Shown piece after piece: positions 17,454 to 26,255 of a stretch of 60,366 nucleotides of DNA (within the stretch, counting starts at the first letter, position 1; each line of letters starts with the position of its first letter). The stretch lies in IMG/VR virus record IMGVR_UViG_3300019132_000039; one strand, written 5' to 3'. This DNA comes from an uncultured virus (IMG/VR IMGVR_UViG_3300019132_000039). Taxonomy: Duplodnaviria > Heunggongvirae > Uroviricota > Caudoviricetes. The translations under genes and the position numbers were made by a program. Below the pieces are notes generated by a model. The model made no database searches. It saw nothing but the letters and a program-made list of their open reading frames with translations, and was not told where the DNA came from.

Positions 17454-18188
17454 TCATCTCCATTCCATACATAAATGTTGTGCAGGACATTTATCACAAG
17501 CATAAGTTTCTCGTGGATACAACCACCCTTTTTCGATGGATTCTTTGACCATATTGATGGTTTTGATTAATCTCTTGTAATCTTGTTTTTTGCGTTGCAC
17601 ATAAAGTGTACTACCATCTCGCAAGACATGGACTGCGATACTGTCGAGTTCTTGCTTAAACATGGATTGATAGGCCATGGCCATCAAAGTAAGCCCCATA
17701 TCGGTTTTTTGCCAAAACTCATTGTATTTGTGCTTTCCCATTTTAAAAACCGCTAATTCAATGCCTCTTGGAGTATCTCGAATGACAGGAAGATTACCTC
17801 TTACATAAAAATCATTTCCAAAGGGAACTCGGAAATCCACATTGGAAGCAATCACATAATCAGGTGCATATTGCTGTTGACGATAAAACGTATGTAGCAT
17901 ACCAATGGCTTCTAATTCCTTTTTTCGTTGTTCGGTTTTACTATTTGTGTAAATGTCATAGATATTAAGTTTCCCATACCAAATGCTGCTAAACTTTTCT
18001 TTTAAATCTGTAATTGAAAGCTGTTTTCCTTGCTGCAGATGAAAATAATAATAATTTATCACGGATTGCAATGCTTCTCGAATGCCATCATTGGTGGTGA
18101 TTTCTTTGCAGACTTTATCGATGCGAGTCAATTTAAAACGTAAGGGACAGGATTTAAAATCATATAAATCATTCACGGTCAGTTCCAT
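17454..18188 (-). CDS. PD-(D/E)xK/Cas4-like fold protein with apparently degenerate active site
   Basis: CPLRF at the N-terminus and CDKCP...C at the C-terminus; VRGNLP..R and AVFK replace the usual G.ID and DYK. Confidence 0.55.
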   Translation of the reverse strand: MELTVNDLYDFKSCPLRFKLTRIDKVCKEITTNDGIREALQSVINYYYFHLQQGKQLSITDLKEKFSSIWYGKLNIYDIYTNSKTEQRKKELEAIGMLHTFYRQQQYAPDYVIASNVDFRVPFGNDFYVRGNLPVIRDTPRGIELAVFKMGKHKYNEFWQKTDMGLTLMAMAYQSMFKQELDSIAVHVLRDGSTLYVQRKKQDYKRLIKTINMVKESIEKGWLYPRETYACDKCPAQHLCMEWR

Positions 18189-18253
18189 CAGATCTTGTCA
18201 ACCTCCTAAATAATAAATCCCAATCTCGTTCCGCTTTCTTTGTAATATGTTTT

Positions 18254-18664
18254 TTAATATGGTCCAATTGTTTGATGGTCTCGTATTCTTTTTGTCGTTT
18301 GTGAGAAGATTGGATTAGTAAATATTGAAGGCATAGTTCCATCTTCATTCTCCTCCATGAAAAGATCATTACGTAAATTGTTCCATCGTAACTTGATTGT
18401 GCGCCACACAAATTCTTTCTGTGCAATCTCATATAAAATGGAATTATAGTAATAAGATTTCCCAGATCTTCTAGGCATAGATCTAGTTCGATTATAGAAA
18501 TCATCTAGTTCTGCTTTTAGTTCTTTTGTTTCTTCATATATTTTCTGTAAAAGAATTCTTTTGTATGAAGGAGTTTGCCATTGATAACGGAAAAAGTTCT
18601 TTAGCATTTTTTCATACCATGTTTCTGGTCGGTGAAGCTCGATATATTTATTGATCATCTCCAT
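18254..18664 (-). CDS. Hypothetical protein
   Basis: 136-aa ORF overlapping the stop region of the upstream ORF. Confidence 0.55.
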   Translation of the reverse strand: MEMINKYIELHRPETWYEKMLKNFFRYQWQTPSYKRILLQKIYEETKELKAELDDFYNRTRSMPRRSGKSYYYNSILYEIAQKEFVWRTIKLRWNNLRNDLFMEENEDGTMPSIFTNPIFSQTTKRIRDHQTIGPY

Positions 18665-18906
18665 GTTTGGTATTCCGCCTCCCGGGACATTCCTGTAACA
18701 GTGACGTTGCCAATCACTTGATCATTAATTATTAATTGACTTGAGAATGATCCAGTTACAAGGGGGCCAACATATGTTAAGTTATCTGATGAATAAATTC
18801 CATTCATGGTAATGGATTTAGGAACCAAAAGCCCTTCTTCTTTTAATCGCTGAATTTTGTTTTTTGTTTCTTGCTTTTTTGTCAATAATTGTTGAACTAA
18901 TTCCAT
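18655..18906 (-). CDS. Hypothetical protein
   Basis: Likely start MELVQQLL at 18906 behind AAAGGAG. Confidence 0.55.
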   Translation of the reverse strand: MELVQQLLTKKQETKNKIQRLKEEGLLVPKSITMNGIYSSDNLTYVGPLVTGSFSSQLIINDQVIGNVTVTGMSREAEYQTWR

Positions 18907-18979
18907 ACGATAACACTCTCCTTTGGAGGATGATATGAGTTGATACAACAAGGTTTAATGAGTAGTTTTCCAGATTCGC

Positions 18980-19057
18980 TTATTTGAATGTGAATTTGAA
19001 AATAATAATGTAGTCCACGATTCCATAATTCTGAAGATAGGAACGCACTAATTCCAT
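18980..19057 (-). CDS. Small ORF, 25 aa
   Basis: MELVRSYLQNYGIVDYIIIFKFTFK; AAAGGAG RBS downstream of a TATAAT box. Confidence 0.4.
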   Translation of the reverse strand: MELVRSYLQNYGIVDYIIIFKFTFK

Positions 19058-19113
19058 AATGTTCTCCTTTCTTTGTTTTTCTTGATTTTTCTTCGAATAT
19101 CTTTATTATATAT

Positions 19114-19143
19114 AAAAAAAGTGGGTTTGTCGCCCACTTTTTT
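19114..19143. terminator. Intrinsic terminator
   Basis: AAAAAAAGTGGG-TTTGTCG-CCCACTTTTTT. Confidence 0.75.
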
Positions 19144-19161
19144 GTAATATGTTACAAAAGA

Positions 19162-19449
19162 TCAAGATAGAAATTGAGATTGTATTAGTTGGCTTCGTTC
19201 AGTTTGTTGCCGCACTTTTTGACGAATTTTATTTTCTAGGGACAACGCTTTAAAGTGTTCGCCATCTTCTTTGAGCATTTTCTTTTGTTCGATTTGCCGA
19301 CGAATGTCATCGTAAAATTGAATTTCCTCTAAGCAAAATCGAAGGTATTCTGTAACTTTTTGTACTTCTCCCTGTGCAATGCAATCCATCATTTTTTGGA
19401 GTTCTTGTTTGCTTAATAACCAGTGTCCAGGTGGTGCTCGGAAGATCAT
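19162..19449 (-). CDS. Hypothetical protein
   Basis: 95 aa directly after nrdJ; GGAGG RBS. Confidence 0.6.
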   Translation of the reverse strand: MIFRAPPGHWLLSKQELQKMMDCIAQGEVQKVTEYLRFCLEEIQFYDDIRRQIEQKKMLKEDGEHFKALSLENKIRQKVRQQTERSQLIQSQFLS

Positions 19450-19461
19450 TTATGTTCCTCC

Positions 19462-21999
19462 TTATAAGCCGCATTTTAACTGAGCTCCGCAATTAGAGCA
19501 GCTATTGCAACCTCCAAAGTCTTTGACTTCTCCTGCCTTACAAATAGGGCAGATGTTTCCAACTTCACTACCGTAAACGATGGTTTCTTGAGTTTGGAGA
19601 TATTCATTTGCAAGTTCTTCTTTTGTGTCTTGAATATCCAATTCCTCTACATCGTTTTCTTCTGGGGTCAACGATAATACCTGTGCATCTCGACTTCCAT
19701 CGACATAAACGGTACCCCCTTTTGCTCCGCCTTTCCACAGTCGTTCATATACTTCTTGTACTTGTTGAATCGTATATCCTTTTGGAGCGTTAACGGTTTT
19801 AGAAAGACTGGAATCAACCCAACGTTGAATGATGCATTGAACATCAGCGTGTTGTTCCGGTGTAAGGTCCATTGCCCCTTTAAAGTATGATGGCAATTCA
19901 CTTAGTGGTGTATCAAGTGGCAACCCTTTAAATTCTAAATATTCTTGAACGATCGGTGCTTTGACTTCAATGAATTTACCTAATCGGCCGGAACGATAAT
20001 AAACGAAACTAAAATATGGTTCTAGGCCTGTGCTTCCTCCTACCATGGTGCCTGTACTTCCAGTTGGAGCTACCGTCAGCAAGTGACTATTTCGGATACC
20101 GTGTTTTAAAATACTTTTTCGAATATCTTCTGGCATGTTTTTCATGTAACCGGTATTGACAAATTTCATTCGTAAATCAATTTCATCTAACTTGTCTTCT
20201 GTAGTAAGGAATGGGAAGCTTCCTTTTTCCTTTGCTAATTCAATACTGGTTCGATAAGCGGTGCAGGCAATTGTTTCAAATACTTTATCTATTAATTGAT
20301 TTCCCTCTTTACTTCCGTATTCCAAGCCACATTTAATCAGCAAATCATGCAATCCCATGACCCCTAATCCGACCCGTCGTTCTCCTTTAGCTTGTTTTGT
20401 GTTTTCCGGTAAGAAATAAGGAGTTGCATCAATGACATTATCTTGCATACGTACACCTATTTCTACTGTACGTTTTAATTTTTCAAAATCTACTGTACCA
20501 GTTTCAAAACTTGCCATTTTTGCTAAGTTAATAGCTGCAAGATTACAAACAGAGTACGGGGCTAATGGCTGTTCTCCGCATGGATTGGTTGCTACAACTT
20601 TTTGTCCGTATGCTTTGGCGTTTGTCATATCATTGGCATTATCAATGAAGAAAATGCCTGGCTCCGCTGAATACGTTGCACAAATATTAATCAGTTTCCA
20701 TAATTCTCTTGCACGAATCTTACGATGTATACGGACATCATACCCCATCTTTTCCCATTCACGTACATCGCCTATTTCATGCCATTTTTCGTTATAATCT
20801 TTCATTTCTTCTTCTGTATAATTAGCGACATCAGGGAAACGAAGTTTATATTCTCCATCGTTCTCTACAGCTTTCATGAACTCATGAGTTAAGCAGACAG
20901 ATATATTGGCACCTGTTAAAAATTCTGGGTTATGAACAGACCATGTACCACCATCGGCTAGAATAGACTTTGCTTCTTCTACAATAGGATCTATATCTTC
21001 TGTGACATGAGATCTAACTAAAGCTTCATAAGCTCTTTTTTCTCTTTCGGTCAATGGTACAAATTTTAACTTGGCTTTTGCGACTTCTTTGATATGTTCA
21101 TCATGGGTATTCTCGATGATGAATTTCAAAATCTTTGGATTTTGCATTTTTGAAATGATAAATTCTACAATATCCGGATGCCAATCAGCAAGCATAATCA
21201 TTTGTGCACCACGGCGGCTTCCACCTTGTTCAACTAAGTTAGTTAGATTTGAGATATCATTTAACCATGACACTGAACCCGATGATTTTCCATTGACTCC
21301 ACGGGCCACTTCATTTCGAGGACGCAAGGTAGAGCCGTTTGTTCCAACTCCGCCGCCTCTAGACATAATTTCCATGACCTTACCACGATGCTCAGAAATG
21401 CCTTCACGGGAGTCTTTGACAAATGGCATTACATAGCAGTTGAAATATGTAACGTCTGTTCCCGATCCTGCTCCATGCAACACACGTCCTGCAGGCACAA
21501 AATGAAGTTCTTTTAATTCGTGATAGAACTTTTCAAACCATTCCTGTCTTTTCTCTTCAGTTTTCTCTACTTGGGAAAGTGCCCATGCGTTTCGTTTAGC
21601 AATTTGCTCATAGAAAATTTCTAATGGTTTTTGGACCACATCTAAATTTCGTTCTACCAAAAGAGTATCTGCTTCTTCTCCTTCTAACGCTCCTGCAAAT
21701 TGCTCATCCACTTTAACAAGGGCTTTTCGGTGTTTCCAATCAATGGATTGCACCCATCCAAATCCTTGGGTTGGCCATTTTGGATCATCTTTGATTGTTA
21801 ATACAACAAAATCTCCGGATTCCAATGTTTCATGAAGCATATCATTATGAGAATACCGGTCAAGCATGACAGTTTGAGATACGCCTTCAAATGTGCGAGT
21901 CATGTTTTCAGTGATTGGAAAGATTTTTCGTTCTGGATATTTGGTCGTATATTTTTCAATATCCTTGTTTAGCTTGTCAATATAACTTTTTGTAAACAT
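19462..21999 (-). CDS. nrdJ: Class II (B12-dependent) ribonucleotide reductase
   Basis: PAGR, NCYV, QGGSRRGAQM, TNPCGEQ, CNL, VAPTGS, SKTVN and C-terminal CxxC..CxxC; no small subunit gene. Confidence 0.92.
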   Translation of the reverse strand: MFTKSYIDKLNKDIEKYTTKYPERKIFPITENMTRTFEGVSQTVMLDRYSHNDMLHETLESGDFVVLTIKDDPKWPTQGFGWVQSIDWKHRKALVKVDEQFAGALEGEEADTLLVERNLDVVQKPLEIFYEQIAKRNAWALSQVEKTEEKRQEWFEKFYHELKELHFVPAGRVLHGAGSGTDVTYFNCYVMPFVKDSREGISEHRGKVMEIMSRGGGVGTNGSTLRPRNEVARGVNGKSSGSVSWLNDISNLTNLVEQGGSRRGAQMIMLADWHPDIVEFIISKMQNPKILKFIIENTHDEHIKEVAKAKLKFVPLTEREKRAYEALVRSHVTEDIDPIVEEAKSILADGGTWSVHNPEFLTGANISVCLTHEFMKAVENDGEYKLRFPDVANYTEEEMKDYNEKWHEIGDVREWEKMGYDVRIHRKIRARELWKLINICATYSAEPGIFFIDNANDMTNAKAYGQKVVATNPCGEQPLAPYSVCNLAAINLAKMASFETGTVDFEKLKRTVEIGVRMQDNVIDATPYFLPENTKQAKGERRVGLGVMGLHDLLIKCGLEYGSKEGNQLIDKVFETIACTAYRTSIELAKEKGSFPFLTTEDKLDEIDLRMKFVNTGYMKNMPEDIRKSILKHGIRNSHLLTVAPTGSTGTMVGGSTGLEPYFSFVYYRSGRLGKFIEVKAPIVQEYLEFKGLPLDTPLSELPSYFKGAMDLTPEQHADVQCIIQRWVDSSLSKTVNAPKGYTIQQVQEVYERLWKGGAKGGTVYVDGSRDAQVLSLTPEENDVEELDIQDTKEELANEYLQTQETIVYGSEVGNICPICKAGEVKDFGGCNSCSNCGAQLKCGL

Positions 22000-22041
22000 T
22001 GCTTCTTCTCTCCTAACTTTTTAGTAATTTTCTTTATTTTT

Positions 22042-22101
22042 TGTAATGCATTACTCCATGCGTGCAAGTCTTATTATATAATGTTGTATTCTTAAATACA
22101 A
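22042..22101 (-). promoter_or_regulatory. SigA-like promoter of nrdJ with downstream operator-like site
   Basis: TTGTAT(22101-22096)-N17-TATAAT(22078-22073); TGTAATGCATTACT at 22042-22055. Confidence 0.75.
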
Positions 22102-22113
22102 GATATAGTATGT

Positions 22114-22159
22114 AAAAAAATATCCCTCACTATATGTTGTTGCAGTGAGGGATATTTTT
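22114..22159. terminator. Intrinsic terminator
   Basis: AAAAATATCCCTCACT...AGTGAGGGATATTTTT inverted repeat. Confidence 0.8.
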
Positions 22160-22166
22160 CTATCTT

Positions 22167-22439
22167 TTATTCTACAACTTCCCAATCTTCAGCGAGTAAA
22201 TCTGCTTGAGAAGCCAACCATCCTGGTTGCCATTTCCCTTGAGCGGTCCACATAGCGAAATACGGCTGAGAATCAAGTGGTGTATTTTCTCCAATATGTT
22301 TTCGTGTTCGACCATTCACCATGCCCGGTTCTAGATAAAGAGCTGGCATAAGAACGATCCACATTCCTTTTCCATTCCATCCTTTACGTCTTAATTTTTT
22401 GCCCTCTTTTAATAATTGCAAAGCTTGGCTAAAGTCCAT
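22167..22439 (-). CDS. DUF2829 / Tad2-like anti-defence sponge protein
   Basis: MDF..AL..LKEGKK.RR.GWNGKGM at the N-terminus and W.ASQ.DLLAEDW at the C-terminus. Confidence 0.8.
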   Translation of the reverse strand: MDFSQALQLLKEGKKLRRKGWNGKGMWIVLMPALYLEPGMVNGRTRKHIGENTPLDSQPYFAMWTAQGKWQPGWLASQADLLAEDWEVVE

Positions 22440-22456
22440 GAGTAGTTCCCCCTATT

Positions 22457-22699
22457 TTATTTTTTTATTTTTACTTTAAATGCCTGAAACGAATCGACTT
22501 CTTCTGGATTTACCAATACACCGCTAAGGGTTAAAACAGAAAGCAAGCTATTCACAGCAGCCATAATGGTTGCAATGGTTTCTTCTGGAATATCATATCC
22601 TAGTAATGTAGTTACTGATTGGGAAAATAGAATAATTGAAGAAGCGATTCCACTCCAGAAAACCGTGGTTTTAATTCGTTGTTTTGCTTTCGATGTCAC
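22457..22699 (-). CDS. Phage holin-like protein
   Basis: R.K...FW motif, two hydrophobic helices, GVLVNP and a basic C-terminus. Confidence 0.65.
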   Translation of the reverse strand: MTSKAKQRIKTTVFWSGIASSIILFSQSVTTLLGYDIPEETIATIMAAVNSLLSVLTLSGVLVNPEEVDSFQAFKVKIKK

Positions 22700-23210
22700 G
22701 ATAAACTTCCTCCCAGTCTAATTTTACAAATCCTAATCGAGCAACCGCAAAAGCTTGAGCTACTTCATATTCTGCTGTTCCTGGTTTGGCTTCTAGAATC
22801 GGAGAAGCTCCTTTGTCGCCATTATGCGCTTCAACTGCACGCATAATATTTTCCCATAATCCTTGTTGCACATCTTTGTGCACTTGATGTTTTTCTAGGT
22901 ATTTTCGTACTGCTACAGTATGTAAATGTCTCATATCATCATTAAATTCGTTATACATAATATCGCAGATTAATGTTGTTCCTAATAGTGCATCTCGTAT
23001 TAGTCCCGTTACGTTTCGCTGTTCCAACATGCCTCTTAGAATATGAAAGGCGGTTTTCACATATTCTAATAACTCCTCATCATCATGAAAAGACTGTGGA
23101 GCTACCGCTAGTGCATTATGAAAGAGTGCATGAATACTAGCATCTTTAATTAAGGAAAGTTCACGATTAAAATAGGAAATTGCTTTTGCTTCAATGTTTA
23201 CTGTTGTCAT
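22671..23210 (-). CDS. HD-domain-like protein with degenerate metal ligands
   Basis: AP.SF, LICD at the HD position, LH and EAHNG spaced as in phage HD proteins. Confidence 0.4.
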   Translation of the reverse strand: MTTVNIEAKAISYFNRELSLIKDASIHALFHNALAVAPQSFHDDEELLEYVKTAFHILRGMLEQRNVTGLIRDALLGTTLICDIMYNEFNDDMRHLHTVAVRKYLEKHQVHKDVQQGLWENIMRAVEAHNGDKGASPILEAKPGTAEYEVAQAFAVARLGFVKLDWEEVYRDIESKTTN

Positions 23211-23215
23211 TATTG

Positions 23216-23464
23216 TTACCTCCTGTATGTTTGCATCATTTGATATCGATGTCGATCATAACACTTATAATGAGCATTGTTTTGCAGTTCCCAGCTATCA
23301 TACCAACGACCTGTATCAGTTTGTGTGCTGTTTTGTGTAGGCTGTTTAATGTCATGTCCACAATATCGGCAATATGCAGGTGATGAAGCGGCTTGATAGG
23401 ATTGCTGCATCATGATTTGTTGAAAATTCATTCCTGACCAAGCTGATTGATTTTTTCTTGCCAT
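23216..23464 (-). CDS. Small Zn-finger-like hypothetical protein
   Basis: CRYC ... HYKC. Confidence 0.55.
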   Translation of the reverse strand: MARKNQSAWSGMNFQQIMMQQSYQAASSPAYCRYCGHDIKQPTQNSTQTDTGRWYDSWELQNNAHYKCYDRHRYQMMQTYRR

Positions 23465-23580
23465 ACCAACTCATTCCTTTTCCGATAATGTAGCAACCAC
23501 AATATTCCCATCTTTATTCACTATCAAATCAAGATAAATGTCTTTTTCAAACAATTGGTCTGATTCATAATGCAAGCCAT

Positions 23581-23940
23581 TTACGAATTTTTGTCATCTA
23601 GGTCAATCCTTTCACGACTAATCATCATATTGAAGGTTTCTGGATTATGAATGTGTTTTTTCTGACAGATGTCACCGGTTTTGACTAATTCACAGTTCAC
23701 ACATTTCATATAAGTGGAATTGTAATTTCGGCACTTATAATCGATTGGACATTCTTCAAAATCCAAACATTTACCATACATCCGATGACGAGGAAGATTC
23801 AACATATCTTCTTTGCCGTATCGGTCACTCTTTTTGGCTTTGATATGAACTTCTTTTATTCTCTCTCGTTCATATTCTTCACGAAGTTGCAAGCGTTCTT
23901 CATATTTTTTTAGCATACGCTGCTTTTCTACCGTGATCAT
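23581..23940 (-). CDS. Cys-rich hypothetical protein
   Basis: 119 aa with six Cys in the C-terminal half. Confidence 0.6.
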   Translation of the reverse strand: MITVEKQRMLKKYEERLQLREEYERERIKEVHIKAKKSDRYGKEDMLNLPRHRMYGKCLDFEECPIDYKCRNYNSTYMKCVNCELVKTGDICQKKHIHNPETFNMMISRERIDLDDKNS

Positions 23941-23960
23941 TTTTATCTTCCCCTTATGAC

Positions 23961-24359
23961 TTATGCTTTGGTTTCTTCATTCAAGGTAATTCCTAGCTTA
24001 ATGCAGTCATTAAGACTTAGTATAATTTTATCTCTAGATTTGATAACATTACCTCGTCCTTTAGAGCGTTCCTCAATATCTTCTAACTCCATCAGCTTGG
24101 CTTCCATAAATTCTTGCTGATCTTGTAATTCTTGAATAGCTTCCTCAATCTCTCTCATGCGTTTGGGAATAGCAATAAAATCAGGGTTGGTAATTTCTTC
24201 TCCTTCTTCATTGATGATAGTACGTGGAATCATTTTAAATTCTTCACCTAAACGTCGAAATTCCTTTTCTAGCTTAGGTAGATCCATTTTAATTTCATAT
24301 ACACGATTTTTCATATGTTCTTCTAGTTTTTCGAGTGTAATACTTGGCCCTATTAACAT
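23961..24359 (-). CDS. Coiled-coil hypothetical protein
   Basis: Likely start MLIGPS at 24359 behind AGGAGG; the upstream in-frame extension overlaps another gene and an operator-like site. Confidence 0.6.
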   Translation of the reverse strand: MLIGPSITLEKLEEHMKNRVYEIKMDLPKLEKEFRRLGEEFKMIPRTIINEEGEEITNPDFIAIPKRMREIEEAIQELQDQQEFMEAKLMELEDIEERSKGRGNVIKSRDKIILSLNDCIKLGITLNEETKA

Positions 24360-24408
24360 CTCAATTCCTCCTAATCTTGTAATACATTTCAATATGCTTA
24401 TTATACTA

Positions 24409-25413
24409 TTATTTTTGATAAATAACACTAATATTGTCAACCCGGGAGAATACCCAATTGTTAGGATCATTAGCATCCCCGTCTTTTGCTTGTACACCAC
24501 GGAATTCTAATTCCACGAATGAGCAAGTAGGATCATAGGTAGCCTCCAATGTGGTGTCATAATAACGGATAAACAACTTACCTTTTCCGTCCCCCTCAAT
24601 GGATAATTTTGCTTTACTAGTCATTCCGTGATTCCAAAAATCCATAGGCGCAACCTCTTTATTCAATAGAGCTCGAACAATATCGGAGGTTAATCCGTTA
24701 TGAATTTGAAATTCAAATCCATTTTTTAATAGGCTGACCCGGCCTAACTGGGGAACGATAACACGGAATATTTCAATGCCTGAAACGGTTTGCACTTCTG
24801 TTGGTGCGATATCCATTTGGATTTTAAATGCCGCTTCCGGTGGAATAGGTTCTGAAAAATACTGGATAAAATCACTGAGTCGGTAATTTTGATAAGTAGA
24901 ATCATATATAGCAGTATAAGATCCAAATCGCTCTGGATACCCAGCTTGTTCAAATTTTGTATTTACTAGTGTCTGTGTTAGGATTGGAGGTTGATAAGTT
25001 GGTTCTAAAATGGATAGTGTATTAGCTTTTAACTCCATTTCAAACCCTTCATCATCATGATACACATCCAGTCCTAATGGATTTTTATTGGCTGTATCAG
25101 AAATCAATCCGACTTCTACTTTTTGATTACTGTTTTTATTATTGATTACTGTAAAAATCCATTTCTTCTGATCTCCGTAGCGAAGCCGGATAAAATCAAT
25201 ATCGTGTTTGGTTTGTCCTTGTTGTGCAGGTGGGAAGGTGAATGTGGCCACCTTTGTTTCTTTCTTTTTAACGGCACCATTCTGCCACTCAGCAATTTCT
25301 GCGGAAAACATAATTTCAATAATTCCATTTGCTTTTTCAATAAATTGCAGGATTTTAAAATGACAATTTAACAAGTGAGTCTTTTTGGTATCAAAATAAT
25401 AGGAGAATAACAA
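24409..25413 (-). CDS. Hypothetical protein (beta-rich)
   Basis: 334-aa ORF in operon context. Confidence 0.65.
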   Translation of the reverse strand: MLFSYYFDTKKTHLLNCHFKILQFIEKANGIIEIMFSAEIAEWQNGAVKKKETKVATFTFPPAQQGQTKHDIDFIRLRYGDQKKWIFTVINNKNSNQKVEVGLISDTANKNPLGLDVYHDDEGFEMELKANTLSILEPTYQPPILTQTLVNTKFEQAGYPERFGSYTAIYDSTYQNYRLSDFIQYFSEPIPPEAAFKIQMDIAPTEVQTVSGIEIFRVIVPQLGRVSLLKNGFEFQIHNGLTSDIVRALLNKEVAPMDFWNHGMTSKAKLSIEGDGKGKLFIRYYDTTLEATYDPTCSFVELEFRGVQAKDGDANDPNNWVFSRVDNISVIYQK

Positions 25414-25428
25414 ACATACACACCTGCC

Positions 25429-25935
25429 TTATTTTTTGATTTTCTTAATAGTTAACTGGGAATTGTCTTTCCATTTGTTGAGTCGAGCGGCAATTGGAAT
25501 TTCAATCCGGCTTTGTGGTTTCATTTTTACAATCATTTTTTCTTTATCCAACTGAGCACCACTATCGACTCCAATGGCGTGGGCAATAAAGCCACCTGAC
25601 TGGATTTCAATTTCTGCAAGCTCTTCCAGATGAGCATTTAAGCGTAGAGTCAGTCCATCCATATCTTTTTGTGTATCATCAATAAATTTCTTTACCTTTT
25701 CTAAGATGGATTCGTCACGCTTGCATCGTTCAATGACCAGGTTAATTTTTTCCTGACTGACTCCGGTTTGTTTGAGTTTTGCTTCTAATGTTTTTTCATC
25801 AATAATACGTTCTTTAGTTTTGTGTTCTTGCGATTTGTAATCTTCAATCAAATTGTGAAGCCGTATTTTTTGCTGAACTCCATCTTCTACATATTTGCGT
25901 AAGTGTTGATGCATTTGCGAGGACATCTGAATCAC
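25429..25935 (-). CDS. Coiled-coil hypothetical protein
   Basis: 168-aa ORF; AAAGGAG RBS. Confidence 0.65.
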   Translation of the reverse strand: MIQMSSQMHQHLRKYVEDGVQQKIRLHNLIEDYKSQEHKTKERIIDEKTLEAKLKQTGVSQEKINLVIERCKRDESILEKVKKFIDDTQKDMDGLTLRLNAHLEELAEIEIQSGGFIAHAIGVDSGAQLDKEKMIVKMKPQSRIEIPIAARLNKWKDNSQLTIKKIKK

Positions 25936-25940
25936 TCCTT

Positions 25941-26234
25941 TTATATCTTTGCAACTCCAATCCTCATTTCTCTGGCATTGTATCGTCTTTTTTTCAGCAC
26001 TTCTGGATCTGTCGCCAAATACTGTCCTCTTTCATTAAGCCATTGTCGGGCTCGTCGAATGGCTTCTGGACATGTAGCGAATTGAATTCCATCTAAATCT
26101 TTCACTTCATCAATTAACTTCCAATAAGTGATACAAAGCAATTTGTCACAATTTCGAGTTTCGGGATACTCACGCAAAATAGCTTCTACTCTGCCTTTCA
26201 CATGTTTAATTGTTTTTAGCATGCTTTTCTCCAT
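25941..26234 (-). CDS. Hypothetical protein (basic, possibly DNA-binding)
   Basis: ILREYPETRNCDKLL...EAIRRARQ, a pattern seen in small phage proteins. Confidence 0.6.
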   Translation of the reverse strand: MEKSMLKTIKHVKGRVEAILREYPETRNCDKLLCITYWKLIDEVKDLDGIQFATCPEAIRRARQWLNERGQYLATDPEVLKKRRYNAREMRIGVAKI

Positions 26235-26255
26235 CTTTATACTCTCCCCCTTGAA

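Noticed and set aside
22000..22110. Cobalamin riboswitch upstream of nrdJ
   Set aside because: The leader is only ~65 nt after the promoter and has no B12-box
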